Below, piece after piece: positions 49,724-61,751 of a stretch of DNA of 64,000 nt. The notes under the pieces were generated by a model, which was given only the letters and a program-made list of their open reading frames with translations, was not told where the DNA came from and did no database searches. Source of the stretch: Phyllosticta citribraziliensis (taxonomy: Eukaryota); assembly GCF_038025025.1 (NCBI RefSeq), contig NW_027117354.1, forward strand, positions 186,001 to 250,000, in the 5' to 3' direction. Position numbers and translations under genes: made by a program. Position 1 is the first letter of the stretch. Every line of letters starts with the position of its first letter.

Positions 49724-51666
49724 ATGAAGCGCGTCTTGCCGCGCTTCGTCCACTCGTTCTCTACCGCCCAGATTCGATCGACCAAGACCGTGAGCAACCG
49801 CAAGAAACGCATCATTGCCGCCACGAAATTCCGGATTTCCAACGACATCCGCAACAGCGAAGCCCTACACGCCATGGAGACCAAAGCCTGGACGGACCAA
49901 GAGTTCCTCGCCCGCCGAGACGAGATTGAACAGCGCCTAGCCCGAGTCTCTGAGCTTGAGCAAAAGCTTGCGCACAAGAACGCGGCATACGGCTCCGCTG
50001 CCACAGATTCGACCAACATTGTAGCTGCTGCTGCGACCGCTGCTCCTTCGGTGGCGCCGTTGAACCCTCAGATACTACAGAAGAAGCCGAAGCCTCCTCC
50101 GAAGCCATTCGATCCCTCTCGATACTCCACGCGCCTCATCGCGCTCAAGTTTGCTTACTTGGGCGGCAACTACTACGGCTTCGAACACCATGCCAATTCA
50201 GCCAAGCCGCTGCCGACAATCGAGGAGGAAATGTGGAAGGCTTTGAAGAAGACAAGACTCATATTTCCAACGCCGAAAGAGGGGCAAGGCGAGGGCGAGG
50301 TCAATTGGGACGGCTGCGACTATTCAAAATGCGGCAGGACTGATAGAGGCGTGTCTGCGTTTGGACAGGTCATTGCCATTAGGGTGAGGAGTAGCCAGCC
50401 AAAGCCAAAGCCAAGAAAACAGGAAGACGATTCAAATGGTCAAGCGGTGGATGATGTTGAGGAGGCTCCGTTTGATGACGTTCGTGACGAGCTGCCATAC
50501 ACGCGCATGCTGAATGCAGTCCTTCCGCCCGACATTCGCATCCTCGCATGGTGCCCGAACCCACCGGCCAACTTTTCCGCTCGTTTCAACTGCAAGGAGC
50601 GTCGCTACAAATATTTCTTCACCAATCCCGCCTTTGGACCCATGTTTGGATCTGCCGGAGTCTTTGATGGCTCAAATGGACGCAAGATGCGTGAAGGATG
50701 GCTGGACATTGAAGCCATGAAGGAAGCTGCCAGCTATCTGGAAGGATCGCATGATTTCAGAAATCTGTGCAAGGTCGATCCCGCAAAGCAAATCACCAAC
50801 TTCACTCGCCGCATCTTCCACACCTCGATTGAAAAATGGAGTCCGGGCTCGGGCTTCGCCAAGTACACAAACAGCCTGGGTCTACAAATACCAGGTGTGG
50901 TCGAAGAGCGCGAGAAAATCACGGGGCTATCGAGCGATTCTGCCGACGCGAATGGTCCTGGCGTCTTTGTATTCAATGTCCATGGATCCGCGTTTCTCTG
51001 GCATCAGGTTCGACATTTGATTGCTGTCCTTTTTCTGGTCGGCCAAGGGCTGGAAAAACCAACGATCGTCAAGGAGCTTTTGGATACAGAGACCAATCCC
51101 ACCAAACCAAAGTACGAAATGGCGGCCGATGCGCCTCTTGTGCTCTGGGACTGCCTGTTCCCAGACCTCGAGCAAGGAAAGGAGTCGGATCATCCTGAAG
51201 AAAGCAGACCTGACAGTCTCAATTGGATCTACGTTGGCGACGACAGAATAGCGGCCTCGCCTGGAAGCAACCGCTCCTCTGGAATTGGCGAAAAGTTTGG
51301 CAAGAAGGGCGTCATTGAGGACCTGTGGGAAGTCTGGCACAGTCGGAGAATTGATGAGGCGCTTGCTGGCAGTCTTCTGGATCTGGTTGCATCTCAGGGG
51401 CCTCAATCTTCAGCAGAAAACGAGGACGACGCTCCTGCAAAGATCACAAGGTAAGTCAAACCACCTTTTGAAATTCAATCCGGCTAACGCTTTACAGGAG
51501 CGACAGAGTCTACGACGGCAGTGATGGCGCTAGGCTAGTAGGGAAATACCTCCCAATCATGAAAAAGGAGCGCATGGAGCCCGTCGAGGTCATCAATGCG
51601 CGCTACTTGGCCCGGAAAGGACTCAGCCAAAGGGATGCCCCAGCGAATAACGAAGCAGACGAATAG
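49724..51666 (+). CDS. deg1: tRNA pseudouridine(38/39) synthase (TruA family)
   Basis: RLIALKFAYLG.NYYGFE, YSKCGRTDRGVSAFGQV (catalytic Asp), LNAVLPPDIRI, FSARFNC.ERRYKYFF, HDFRNLCKVD, GSAFLWHQVR; intron 51451-51497; stop TAG at 51664-51666. Confidence 0.95.
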
Positions 51667-51883
51667 AAGCGAGTCGCCAATTCTGCTTCGAAGTCTTTGT
51701 CCCAAGCAACTGTCTCGGCCCACGTGTGCGATTTCCTTGTCTTTGTCTCTGCAATTGGCCCAGACAAAGGAGATGAGGCGAGCTTGGCCTTCTAGAACCT
51801 TGAATTACTGGGTCAACAGTCTATATGATGTAGACCCTTGAATCTTTCCACTACTCACTTTGTACTTACCTCCCCGCTTCATC

Positions 51884-52303
51884 ATGGCGCACTCGAACGA
51901 AAGCGCAACCAACGTCCCCACCACGCTCGCCTACTCCCATCCAACGACGCCGCACCCGTCTCGCAGCCAGCCAGGCTCGCCATGGTCAACTTCGTCCGCA
52001 TCAACGCAATCGCCGCAAGCCTCGCGCCTCTCAAATGTGTACGCGCCGCGGACGTTGACTCCACAGCAGCAAACACCTTCGGCGGCAACTGCTTTATCAC
52101 AAAACGACCACTCAGCATCTTCTCCGGCGGCACCCGACCAAGCCGAGGGGGGAGAAATACCGACGGCATCGGCGTTGTCTCAGTTATTGCGGCTGGACGA
52201 GGTGCTGAGGGACGCCGAAGCATATTTGACGGCAAGGGACGAGTATTTTGGCGCTTGGCCTTCAGTTGCTGAGAAAGTGGAGGACTCGGCGAAGGAAGCG
52301 TGA
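51884..52303 (+). CDS. Hypothetical small S/T/P-rich protein (139 aa)
   Basis: atcATGg context; disordered N-terminus and a helical C-terminus LSQLLRLDEVLRDAEAYLTARDEYFGAW. Confidence 0.5.
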   Translation: MAHSNESATNVPTTLAYSHPTTPHPSRSQPGSPWSTSSASTQSPQASRLSNVYAPRTLTPQQQTPSAATALSQNDHSASSPAAPDQAEGGEIPTASALSQLLRLDEVLRDAEAYLTARDEYFGAWPSVAEKVEDSAKEA

Positions 52304-52548
52304 TGTGCATTACATCGTGCTGGAGGACAATTTCATCTATCAAATAGAAAACGTATGGATATCTTGAGTGGAAAAGAATAATGACCGCCGTACTACATGG
52401 GATTCGGGTGGTGGACAGGTTCCCTTGCTTGCTCTCCCGGCGTACACAGGTGAATCTGACAGAATTGCAAATGATGAAGTTTTCGTGCTTGAACCACAAC
52501 TCCTCGCTAACCAAGACCGACCGTTTCTTTCTTTTTCGTCTCTCGTCT

Positions 52549-52935
52549 TCACTTTTCGACGACATCGGCTTTGCGGCCGCGCGGGCTGACGGGTATCGGC
52601 TTATTGACAAACGGCTCTTCTTCACTGCTATTCCGCTGGGCATGGCGCTCCTCGTATTCTTTTGATGCGACTTTGATGTCTTCGATCTGGGCCTTTGTCA
52701 AAGAAGGACCGCTGGTGGTGACGAGAAAGCCGTCGCGGCCCTGAAAGATGCGGGTTAGCTGGAGGGGAGCTGATGACAGGGTTAGTCTCACTTGATGGGT
52801 AAAGGGTCTGACTATGGCATCGGGACCGCAGTGGTAGCGTATCTCGCTTTGGATGACGGCGCGCGAGATGCCATAGCCGGGGACAAAGTAGTTGTTCAAC
52901 GCCGCGGTGGAAGTGGTGGTGGTCATTCCGGGCAT
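52549..52935 (-). CDS. Small RfeG-like domain protein (about 110 aa)
   Basis: NNYFVPGYGISRAVIQSEIRYHCGPDAIVRPFTHQ|GRDGFLVTT...LTKAQIEDIK resembles the conserved N-terminal domain of fungal RfeG proteins as I recall it; intron 52741-52791. Confidence 0.7.
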   Translation of the reverse strand: MPGMTTTTSTAALNNYFVPGYGISRAVIQSEIRYHCGPDAIVRPFTHQVRLTLSSAPLQLTRIFQGRDGFLVTTSGPSLTKAQIEDIKVASKEYEERHAQRNSSEEEPFVNKPIPVSPRGRKADVVEK

Positions 52936-53148
52936 TTCGACTTGCAGCTGGAGAGAAAAAGAGCGGACAGGCCAGTCTTTTAAGATGCACGAGGCCAGAT
53001 GATTGCATCTGTCCCGCTCGCGCGCTCGTTGTGCATCGCGGCATCCCACGTTACTCGTTCGCTGAGCTGCGCGGACCTTTGGGCTCTGCCTCTCGCCTCA
53101 CTGGTTTCGCCTCGCTCTCTGCCCAACAGGCAGGCTGCTCCATGTCGG

Positions 53149-53172
53149 GCACCACCACCACCACCACCACCG
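53149..53172. repeat. (CCA)n microsatellite
   Basis: caccaccaccaccaccaccacc run upstream of the RfeG-like gene. Confidence 0.8.
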
Positions 53173-56143
53173 CTACCAACTACCTACGACTCCACCTGTA
53201 TCACGGCGGGCGGATCCTCCAGCCCTTTGCCAGCTGGCTCGCTCGCTCCACACTGCACCGCTTTAAAGCCCCATGTCGCCAATCGCCACCACCACCGCAC
53301 GCGCATCTCCACCGCGCCGGCCCGTCTGTACGCAGGTGGCATTCCCACTCTTTTCATTGACCCGTCATCGCGTCGTTCCACGATCCTCTTTCGCTCGGGT
53401 ATCGACTTGATGCTGCGAGTAATGCTCGGTAGAGGGCTGGCTGCATTTTGATGATACCTGGGGCGACACACCACAATCGTCCCTGAGAGGACCGGCAGAC
53501 CAGACCGGGTTCATGGGCACAAGGTCTGGATATCCTTCCCGCCCGCCCTTGGGAGCTGACGGACGGAAACGCCGTGTTCCTCCCTACCGCGCACGCGCAC
53601 GGCTGCAACATGAGGAACCAAAGCCGGATTGTCTCTGGGATCTCGGTTCACGTCTCCGCCGGCTCGCTCGCTGGCGACAGATCCACCAGTTTACCTGTCA
53701 CAGGGCGACATTGTCGGAGCCATGACTCGCACACAGCTCTCGTCTTTGTAGACCTTGGTTCGGTAGGTACAACAGCCTACAAACTCAATGCAAGGCCACC
53801 TCAGCACCTCGCTCCCAAGTCGGCATGGCCGTCGACCAACAACGGCGGACCAGCCATGCAAGCCTGACGCCGACTCGCATGCCGCACCAGGAGGGCAGGT
53901 CGTTGACAGACGATTGGACACACATCTCCGGCCTGTCTTGCAAACGACCGACGGCCGGTCAGCACGGTCAAGAAATGTTCCTTCTCCGGCTCTGGTCGTT
54001 TGTTGCTGAGGCGTCGTCGTCAGGCTGCACTACATCCTCCACCGTCGTACCACTTGGGCGGACAACTCATCCAGGTGTGGAAATGGTCCAGCAGAGTGCG
54101 CAAAGATCACCGGCCAGCTTGCTTGGCCATCCGGGAACTTGTATTCTCCGTGGTCGCACATGCCGCCAACGCTCACGAATGCCAGTCTTCCCTTGAGACT
54201 ACCACAGCCAGGTGTTTGCGGAATCATGGCCGCGTGGTGGCGAAAATAGTCCAACGCTGCCATTGCCGGCCCCGCAAAATTGGACCAATGCGGCTGTTTG
54301 TGGTTGCTGGAAAAGCAAAAGGTGAGAATGCACGCACGAAATAAACTTTCCAACTGCAGCAGAAACCACGCGAGGCTACCCGCCAACCACCAAACGCAAA
54401 CGAGGACGGCGGACCGGCATGCTCGCAGTAGCAGCTCGAGAGCTTGCTGCATGAAGAACTATCATGTACATGTAGGTGTGCGCTGTCAGAGCAACCGGAC
54501 CGACGGCCATGTATCAAATCGCTTCGACAAGTGGACGTGGTACGTATCTCAGAAGCATCCTCCATGTCTCCAGTCCTGTCTCGACGTCTCTCCTCTGACT
54601 TGATGTGACATGTCGACTCAATCTCCTCCGCGGGATCCAGGCGATGCCATTGGATGCTGCTCGCCGTCTGTCTGCGTGCTCGCTTGCCTTCTGCGACTGC
54701 CATGACGTGCCTGTCTTCGGCCGGCCCAACCGGGAAGACAACTACAGATGCAGCCGGTGCTCTTTTCTCGGAGAATCGAACGGGCGCAGCGGACCGCTCC
54801 AAGATGGAGAGGAGAAGCAGACGCGGCTGTGCTGTCGTTCTGCCATGCGCGCTGCTGACCGGTTGGTAGGGCTGGACGCGCACTGTACTGCGCTGCGCTC
54901 TCACGTCGTTGCAGAAGTGAGGCGGAGGGATCAACGAAGACGTCTTGTCTAGTCTAGTCCGTCGCGCACGCCTGGACATGCAAACTTTAATTTCTCGTCG
55001 AGCACTTCGCACGCGCAGCGCTCATCTCGACTTTAACGGTGAGATTTTTGCCTTGGAGTTTTGGAAGCGTAGTCTTTCTCATTCACGTGTATCCCTTCCC
55101 TATCTGTCTAGGTATTCATATCTTCTTCTCTCGCACGCCCAGTTTGGCAATCATATCGTCCATCTCCAGACTTTCATGCCGTTTGTTCCATCCTGCCTTG
55201 CTGCCCCGTCTATCAATACCTGGCTAGAGCTTCGCCTTGCTGATGGTTCAAGAGCTTGCCTTCCTTTGCCCGGCATGCCTGGTTGGCACAGCTTTTCGGT
55301 TCTTTGGGTCCTCTGCAAAGGCATGGAGGATGAATGAAATGACGTTGATCGACTGCCCAACCCAGCATATCTGCTGGACCCGTCAATCAGGCCAGGCTCG
55401 ATCTCGAGAGACGCTTTGCTTGGAAGTGGTTGCCATTCGCACCCTGTTACAACTGACCACATTCCAGGCTCGAGACAAAGAAGTGGCTAGCTGAGTGCTC
55501 GTGGACATGGTTCCAGAACCTTCGCGAGTCCCACCAGGTCCATCGGTCTCTGTATTGCCTTGGGTCGTCCGCGCGAAGTTGATTCTGGTTTGGGAGCTTC
55601 TGGGTGGACGCATGAGCTGTCTCCAAACGACCCGGACAACCCTCTTCTTGATTCAACAACAGTTAGTCGTTGGCACTCACGCCCTGATTCTGCCGATCTA
55701 CAAACGGTGAGACCGGTTTCTTGCAAGTCGCCACCGGCCAAAGCACGTGGCTGGAGAATTCTAGCCCTTGGATCTACGCTTCCAACGCCAACTCTCTGTC
55801 TCTTTTCCAAGTTTTTTGGCTGTTGCTACGGCGCTTTTTTGGTCATTCGCCATCTGCTGTCGGGCTGAGATAGGTCTGCTGTATGGAGAAAGACGCCACT
55901 GACGGGCGGCGACGACTCCGAGGAGGGCCAACACCCAAGGCGCTGTTTGGACATTGCTGATGATGTATCTGTGCAAATCATATAAAAGCCATCTACATAT
56001 CCTCCTTCTCCCGCTTTTCCTCGTCTTCTTTCCTTACCCACTCATTCTCATTTCCGCTCCTACAATCTCGACCAAATCTGAAATCAATCTACGTTCCTCT
56101 GATCCCACGACGCACTTGCTCAGTCCAGTCCCACAAAAGAGCC

Positions 56144-56929
56144 ATGACTCTTCTCCCCGTAGTGTTATTTTTCCTCTCGCTCGTCACGTACTCGCGTCTT
56201 CTCTTCGCGGCTCCGGCTCCGCTGTCGTCGGACGGCTCCCCTGACCAGGGCGGCACCGGCCAGACATCGATCCAGGACGCATCGCAGCCGTTTGTGGGCA
56301 CCAACGAGACGGACGGCACGATGCTGGGCGTGAGTGCCGCGCATCCCCTGCTGTGCTCTTATCCCCTTTTCCATCCTCCCCCGTGCGGATTGATTCAGTG
56401 CATACCACTGACGAGGCGGTGGTGAGCAGGTCTACTACTGCACCGCGCCCTTCTGGAACGCGCTGCCCAGCGTCGACGCCGCATGCGTGTACTCCTCATC
56501 AACCTCGTCTTCCTCAGACACAGACGGCGACAGCACCGCCGCAGTCACCGTGAGCGACCCCTGCGTCTCCCTCCGCGGCACGACTGCCGCCGCCCAGGGC
56601 AAGCCGCAGACCACGTGGTACCGCAATGTAGCCAGCTTTGCGCCGGATCAGGGCGTCGTTTGCATCGTCTATGAGTAGTTCTCCTCCGTCTTCTCCCTTT
56701 CTGCTACTATTCCAGCAGACTTACTGACGCTCGTGATAGTGGCGACAAGTGCACTGGCGCCTCTCTGCGCATCACCAACCCCGGCTTCCCAGATCTCGGC
56801 GTCGTTGGCTGGGCGAGGCGCGTTGCTAGCTACGCCTGCGTCGGTGCCTCAGCTGATGAGGAGGGCGACGACGACGACGCTGGAAAGACGGCGCAGGGTG
56901 GCAGTTGGTTCCTTGGTGATGGAGATTGA
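56144..56929 (+). CDS. Secreted Cys-containing protein with a beta/gamma-crystallin-like domain
   Basis: Signal peptide MTLLPVVLFFLSLV...; introns 56330-56429 and 56675-56739 give GVYYCTAPFW...CVSL...WYRNVASFAPDQGVVCIVYDGDKCTGASLRITNPGFPDLGVVGWARRVASYAC; stop at 56927-56929. Confidence 0.75.
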
Positions 56930-57543
56930 TCGAAGAAAGGCGTGAGTGGACGATGTTGTTGTTTTGGGCACTTTGCCTTTTTGTTTTGGTACTTTGTTCT
57001 ACTGTGCGTTTGCCTGTGGTGGTGCTGGTGTGTTGAATGTGCTGCTCTTCCTCTCCTCTAAGGCCTTGGGCCATCTGCTCGGGAGTGTGTCTCGACCTGG
57101 CTTCATTTGGCTTGATCTCTTTTAGATTGCTCTTCTGCGGGTACTTTTACTGTACCATACTCAGTCCTCAACGACGCCTCTGTGCGTCCTGCGTCGAAAT
57201 TGAAGCGCTAGGAAATGAATGAACCTTTGGGACAACACTGTCATTGGAGATGGAGTGAGAGGCAGGCAAGTCAACCAAAGATAGGCAAACCGAAAAGGGT
57301 GTCATCAATTCGTCCTAACCTCCATACCCGTCCGTCCATCCATGCCAGGGAATCAATCATGCAGCCAAACGGCCTTCCATACCTGTACCAATATAACCCC
57401 ACCCACCCAAACATACCTAGGAGTACCTGCGGCGTTAAAGACTAGTGCCAAGAAACAGACCTTTTCCACCCGAACCCCAGACCTTTCATGCGCCACATGC
57501 CGAGCATCCCTTAACACGTGCAACCAATCTATCCGTCTTGACA

Positions 57544-59111
57544 TCAATAAACCTCGCTGAAACTTTTGCGGCTGCGGTCTTTTGCCCGTTGAATCTTCTT
57601 CTCCAACTCTTCCTTGGTGGTTGATTCGCCGCTGCTCAAGCGCGCTTCCTCGTCGTCTGCATCGCAATATTCGGCGCCGTGATCCCCGTCTCCGAGGGCG
57701 TCGGCCCGCGCACCAGCACCCATGCCGCTCTCTTCTCGCCAGCTCCGCTCAGTCGTGTTTCGCCGTCGTGATTTGGATCGCTCCTTTTCGCAGCCGCTCT
57801 TAGGAGCTGAAAAATAGTCGCTATCCTCTGAAAAGCCTTCGACTGGAGTGCCGGCGCCGGAGCGAGATCCACCAAAATCGCGGCCTGGGTGTAGACGAGC
57901 GCGCACCTCGGGGCTCGAGTGGTCGTGATTGTTGTCTGCGTCGGATGAGGGCGGCGTGCCGTCCACGTCGGAAGTGTCGCCGCTGCCAGGAGTGTTCCCA
58001 TTTTGTCGAGAGCCGTTTGTCGTCGGGGATGGGTCGCCGGCAGGACTGTCAGATTGTTCTGGGGTGGGAATGACGGCCGGGGGCAAGGAGAGAATATCAG
58101 AAGTGTTTTGGCGCCGTGTTCGACGAGGAAAGTTTATCTTGTCGTGATCGCAGCCATCAGCACATCCACCCCATCGACGTGCTGGTATTGAGGGAGAATT
58201 TGGTTGTGGCGGAGGTGGCCCCGTCTCTATGGCCTTGTCGTTTCGTCCCTGCACTGAAGCAGCACGCCGCTTTAAATCCGACCAAGTACGCAGTTGATTT
58301 TGTAGAACGTATTTGCCGTTGTCCAGGTTTTGCTTCATGAGGATGAATTCGCAGTGGTTGATGTTGCGCAAGTCTTCGAAATACTCGACGGACCAGTGGT
58401 ACCTGGGCTGTTAGAGAGGCCCTCGATTTGCTTGTGGAAGCTCACCATTTCATGAGGAAAACCCTCGTCATCAAGCCATGCGTGACCAAGACGCAGACGC
58501 TTGGAAAGTCGTCCTCCCCAAATTGTCTCCATAGGCTCTCGTTGAAGCCGCTAATTCTGTCGTAGGCGTCTGCCGCACTCTCGCCGTTGGGTATGCGGTA
58601 GAAAAAGTGTCCGTAGTCGGCGCGCTCCTGCCACATGCGCTCCATCTCGGCAGAACATGGTTGAAAGTTGCCAAAGTCACATTCTCTCAAGCGGGGTTCT
58701 TCGTAGACTTTGATGTCGCTGCGAGGAAAGGGAGAAGGAGTCGGATCGTCGGCGGTCAGGGTGCGAAGGATGCCCTCGGTGGTCTCACGAGTGCGACGGT
58801 AGGGCGAGGTGAAGAACTGGACGGTGTCTTCGGGTTTGAGCAAAGATCGAAGGCGGCGGCCGGCCTCCTCTGCCTGTTGGAGGGTTAGCAAGGTGTGACT
58901 GTCGGCGTGTCGGGGCACCAACCTGCTGCCATCCATCTGGGGTGAGCTTCACGCGGTGGTCTGGGACGAACTGGTGTATATCGCGGTTCTTGTTACCCTC
59001 GGACTGGCCGTGACGTATCAAAATGATCATCTGCAGGGAAGCAGCGGGTTAGTTTTGAATTCTGTGGCAGACGCCAGAGGGACGGGAACGGCTCACCCGT
59101 GGCTTGCCCAT
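57544..59111 (-). CDS. det1: Histidine phosphatase, phosphoglycerate mutase superfamily (Det1-like broad-range acid phosphatase)
   Basis: MGKPR|MIILIRHGQSEGN (RHG motif), FTSPYRRTRETT, EEPRLRE, GHFFYRIPNGESAADAYDR, LVTHGLMTRVFLMKW; disordered C-terminal tail; three introns. Confidence 0.93.
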
Positions 59112-59321
59112 GATGAGTTGTGGAGACGGAGTGGGGATGGGGATGGTGAGAGGGGGGAGCTCTCAAAAAGCTGTTGGGACGTCCTTGGGTGACAGCATCG
59201 GATGGGGTGAAGGTCAGGTCAGGCCAAGCATCACTCCCTCACGTACAGTACCTGCAGAGGGCGGAGGGCGACACCGCACCGCACCGGCAGGGCAAGCGGG
59301 ACCGCGCCACCCTCTCCTCCG

Positions 59322-59354
59322 CCACCACCACCACCACCACCACCACCACCACCA
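59322..59354. repeat. (CCA)11 microsatellite in the divergent det1/PRKRIP1-like promoter
   Basis: Perfect trinucleotide run read directly from the sequence. Confidence 0.9.
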
Positions 59355-59586
59355 TCAGCATCCGCTTCATCTGCCGCCATCCGGCCCTGTTGCTTGCTCA
59401 TCACATTACACATCCGATCCACCCCGACTGAGCCCTCCACTCGACTCGTCCTCGTCGACCCGCCGTCGTCGCCTCGCCGCACGTCAGCAGTTTTCTCCCC
59501 GTCTTCATTCGCCGCCCCGCACGCACGCGCCGCTCAAACGAAACAAAACCATCCTCGACTCGCGCAAAGTTTGAACAAGCGCCAGC

Positions 59587-60153
59587 ATGTCCGAGCCCAT
59601 CCCCGAATCTGTTCCCACGAGCGCAGACCCGCGCACCCACCGTCCAACCAAGAAACGCGCCCTCTCGCCGGCAACCGCCCAAGCAAACCAACTGCAAGCC
59701 CTCTTCAAAAACGTCGACAAGGAAGTCAACCTCCCAAATGGTCCCAAGTCGAAGAAGCTGTCCGCTCCGCCTGAGATTGTTGCAAACGTGCAGGGTTCCT
59801 CGGCGGGTGCGGGCTCGGGCGAGTTTCACGTCTACAAGGCTTCGCGGAGGCGCGAATACGAGCGGTTGCGGATGATGGATGAGGAGAAGCGGAAAGAGGA
59901 TGAAGAGAGGGAGTTTGCACGAAAGCGCGAGGAGATGAAGCGAAAGGACGAGGCCAAGACGAACAAGAACAAGGCCAGGCGCGAAAAAGCCAAGGCGCGG
60001 AAGCAGAAGAAGGACGACGATAAAGTTGAAGAGAGCGGCACAAGCAAACTGGGACCCAATATCAACGCTCTGAAGAGGAACCGCGAAGACGAGCACGAGG
60101 TCGAGCACCAAGACAACCCTGAAGAGATTGGTATCGTCATCCACGATGACTGA
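59587..60153 (+). CDS. PRKR-interacting protein 1-like (DUF1168) protein
   Basis: PPEIVANVQGSSAGAGSGEFHVYKASRRREYERL signature followed by a charged coiled coil. Confidence 0.93.
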   Translation: MSEPIPESVPTSADPRTHRPTKKRALSPATAQANQLQALFKNVDKEVNLPNGPKSKKLSAPPEIVANVQGSSAGAGSGEFHVYKASRRREYERLRMMDEEKRKEDEEREFARKREEMKRKDEAKTNKNKARREKAKARKQKKDDDKVEESGTSKLGPNINALKRNREDEHEVEHQDNPEEIGIVIHDD

Positions 60154-61751
60154 GCGGGAAGATTGCTGCCTTCAAGAGCTGAAGTAGCATAAGAATTCAA
60201 GTTTGAGGCTGATTCGACGGCTTGAATTCCCCGAGTACGAAGTTTCTGCTTGTCGCAACGATTCCGACCCGATCGTAGCCTCAACTCAAGACGCATGAGC
60301 ATGGCTGAAAGGACCGGCCAAACATGCAAATACCGGATTCGTAAGTTAAATGGCGTCGAGGTTCCATCGAATGCATGGCGTGGCATGATCGAGCGGGAAT
60401 CTGCCGTGTGTCCTTGGACAGCATCTGAGACCCCGCTTTGATGGTCCACGTCCAGGAATTGTGGCAGCCGCTCATGCGCTCGCCAGATTGCAGACCTAGA
60501 TCGTGCAAAAGTCGAGATGCGGTCGCGGTCTGGTGATTTTCTCAGTCAAAAGATCGTCCTGGAGGAGTATGTCAAACCGAGTTTGTGGCATTTGAAGCTG
60601 TCGTGCTATCTGGGACAGCAGGTCCCAACACATGGCACCAACCGAGCGAACCTACTGCATAGAGCTCAATTTTCTTTTGACGTCTGTTGTTCATTTCTTT
60701 TCAAAATATCCTGCATTGAAATTCGTCCGTCGTATTGCTCGAATCATCGTGCCTACTGGTCACATTCTAAAGACACTAATTTACTGCAGCAATTTCCAGG
60801 CCAAGACCTGGCCTACCATGCCCTTTTGTCGTTGACGCCCCTACGACCTCTTTTATTGTTCATGGATCCCGGAAAATTCATGGCCAAGCCCGACTTCCTG
60901 GCTTGCGTTTTGCAACGGCGTTTTGCGGCCGGCATGAATGAACGGACCAGCCAAACCCCATCAGTGCGCAGCACGTGGAGACCCACAGAACCTGAGCTTT
61001 GACCGAGGCGCTGGACACGAAAGTCAAACTCGAGCAAGTGGCTGTCCGTGATACAATTGAACACTCGGAAATTTTGTCAGCCCGGTGGAAGCTGATACAA
61101 GCTTTGGCTGGACCGCGTTCCACGACATGACGGCCACCAGGCGAAGGATTCTGTGGATGAAGAGTCGACGATTCGAGATGGACTTCCGAGACAGGTAGGT
61201 GTCATGATAACAGTAGGGCGACGGAAGCAGGGGTAGTGCCGCGGCCCCCGGTGGTTTTTCCGCAAAAATGTTCCACCTCGACGGCGCAGCCGATAGCCAG
61301 CATTGATTAAGATCATCATGGCGAGAATCATCGTCTTTGTTGCCTCGTGGCTTACCCCTGCAGCCATCACTGTTGGTAGAGGCCAAGTGGATGCGGTGAA
61401 GAGAAACAAATCATGCGCCGGCCTCGGGGCGCGCCATTGGTCATGGACGGCGCAACGCAGGCCAAAACGAGCTGGGAGAGGCGTTTCTTTCGCCGCTTAT
61501 CAAAAGCAGCGGCTGGTCGACGTTGGACGAACAAGCATCCGCGTGATGAGCCCCTGCGGCGGACCCGACGACGATTCCACTCGCGTCCGCGTTTTCGTAC
61601 GCCTGCAGTCTGCGCAATATAATCCTGTACATGCTCGCCTCTGCCTCTGCCAGGTTGCTGCTCACGTACATCATTGCCCCACGCCAGATTGCATAAATGC
61701 ATACTATCCTCCGACACCTCTCCTCTGCCCCGACTCGACCACATCCGTGCC

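Noticed and set aside
53000..56100. Numerous overlapping ORFs in the long intergenic region
   Set aside because: None shows coding-like composition or motifs.
59104..59574. Poly-His, poly-Thr and poly-Gly ORFs
   Set aside because: Artefacts of the (CCA)11 microsatellite in a divergent promoter.
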